The notes below the pieces were generated by a model, which was not told the DNA's origin, ran no database searches, and saw only the letters and a list, made by a program, of their open reading frames with translations. Of a DNA stretch of 64,000 bases, positions 63,869-64,000 are shown piece after piece (the first letter of the stretch is position 1; each line of letters starts with the position of its first letter). A program made the translations under genes and the position numbers. Origin of the DNA: Octopus sinensis (lineage: Eukaryota); NCBI RefSeq assembly GCF_006345805.1, contig NC_043013.1, positions 25,234,001 to 25,298,000 of the forward strand. The letters run 5' to 3'.

Positions 63869-64000
63869 CAGGTACATGAAACACACTGCCATTATAGAGA
63901 TTAGTAGACCAAAGAAACCTTCCAGTATTCTCAGTCCTGCATTTTCCAGGAATAAAAAAGTGAATGTGTCCAAACCAGTGATTAAAACACCGCCCCATAT
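63869..64000 (-). CDS. Nramp: Nramp/SLC11 metal transporter exon, about TM4-TM5 ([44 protein letters not shown]); runs off the window edge
   Basis: Matches the Nramp WGGVLIT..DTF.FLFL...GLR.LE.FF motif; donor GTATGT at 63868, phase 0. Confidence 0.95.

Overview
This is AT-rich, intron- and repeat-dense eukaryotic DNA. The SINE, RTE, mariner and microsatellite content looks like a coleoid cephalopod, most likely Octopus (inferred from recalled repeat families, not verified). Most entries in the supplied ORF track are repeat or low-complexity noise. Two spliced protein-coding genes could be assembled by hand, both on the minus strand. (1) SEC61G is complete: 68 aa from 3 coding exons (24832-24739, 21173-21071, 19411-19402), with a probable non-coding exon 1 near 28040-28110 and an ETS-type promoter. 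(2) An Nramp/SLC11 divalent-metal transporter has its 5' part beyond the right edge. Nine in-frame exons were traced from about TM4 to TM12 (64000 down to 39692), and its C-terminal exon structure is unresolved, with several competing candidates. The rest is transposon-derived: three different mariners, a hAT deletion derivative, Tigger-, piggyBac- and Merlin-like MITEs, foldback elements, RTE and CR1-like LINE remnants, three SINE families, roughly 30 (GAT)n-tailed RTE 3' ends carrying variable tandem repeats, and micro/minisatellites. No rRNA, true tRNA gene or CRISPR array was found, and I cannot support a wholly new biological system. The best leads are the atypical Nramp (extracellular TM7-8 loop deleted, unusual substitutions, possible alternative 3' ends), the VNTR-carrying RTE ends, and TE-derived structures beside the SEC61G promoter. 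All coordinates were read by hand; exon boundaries were checked base by base, and repeat boundaries are approximate.
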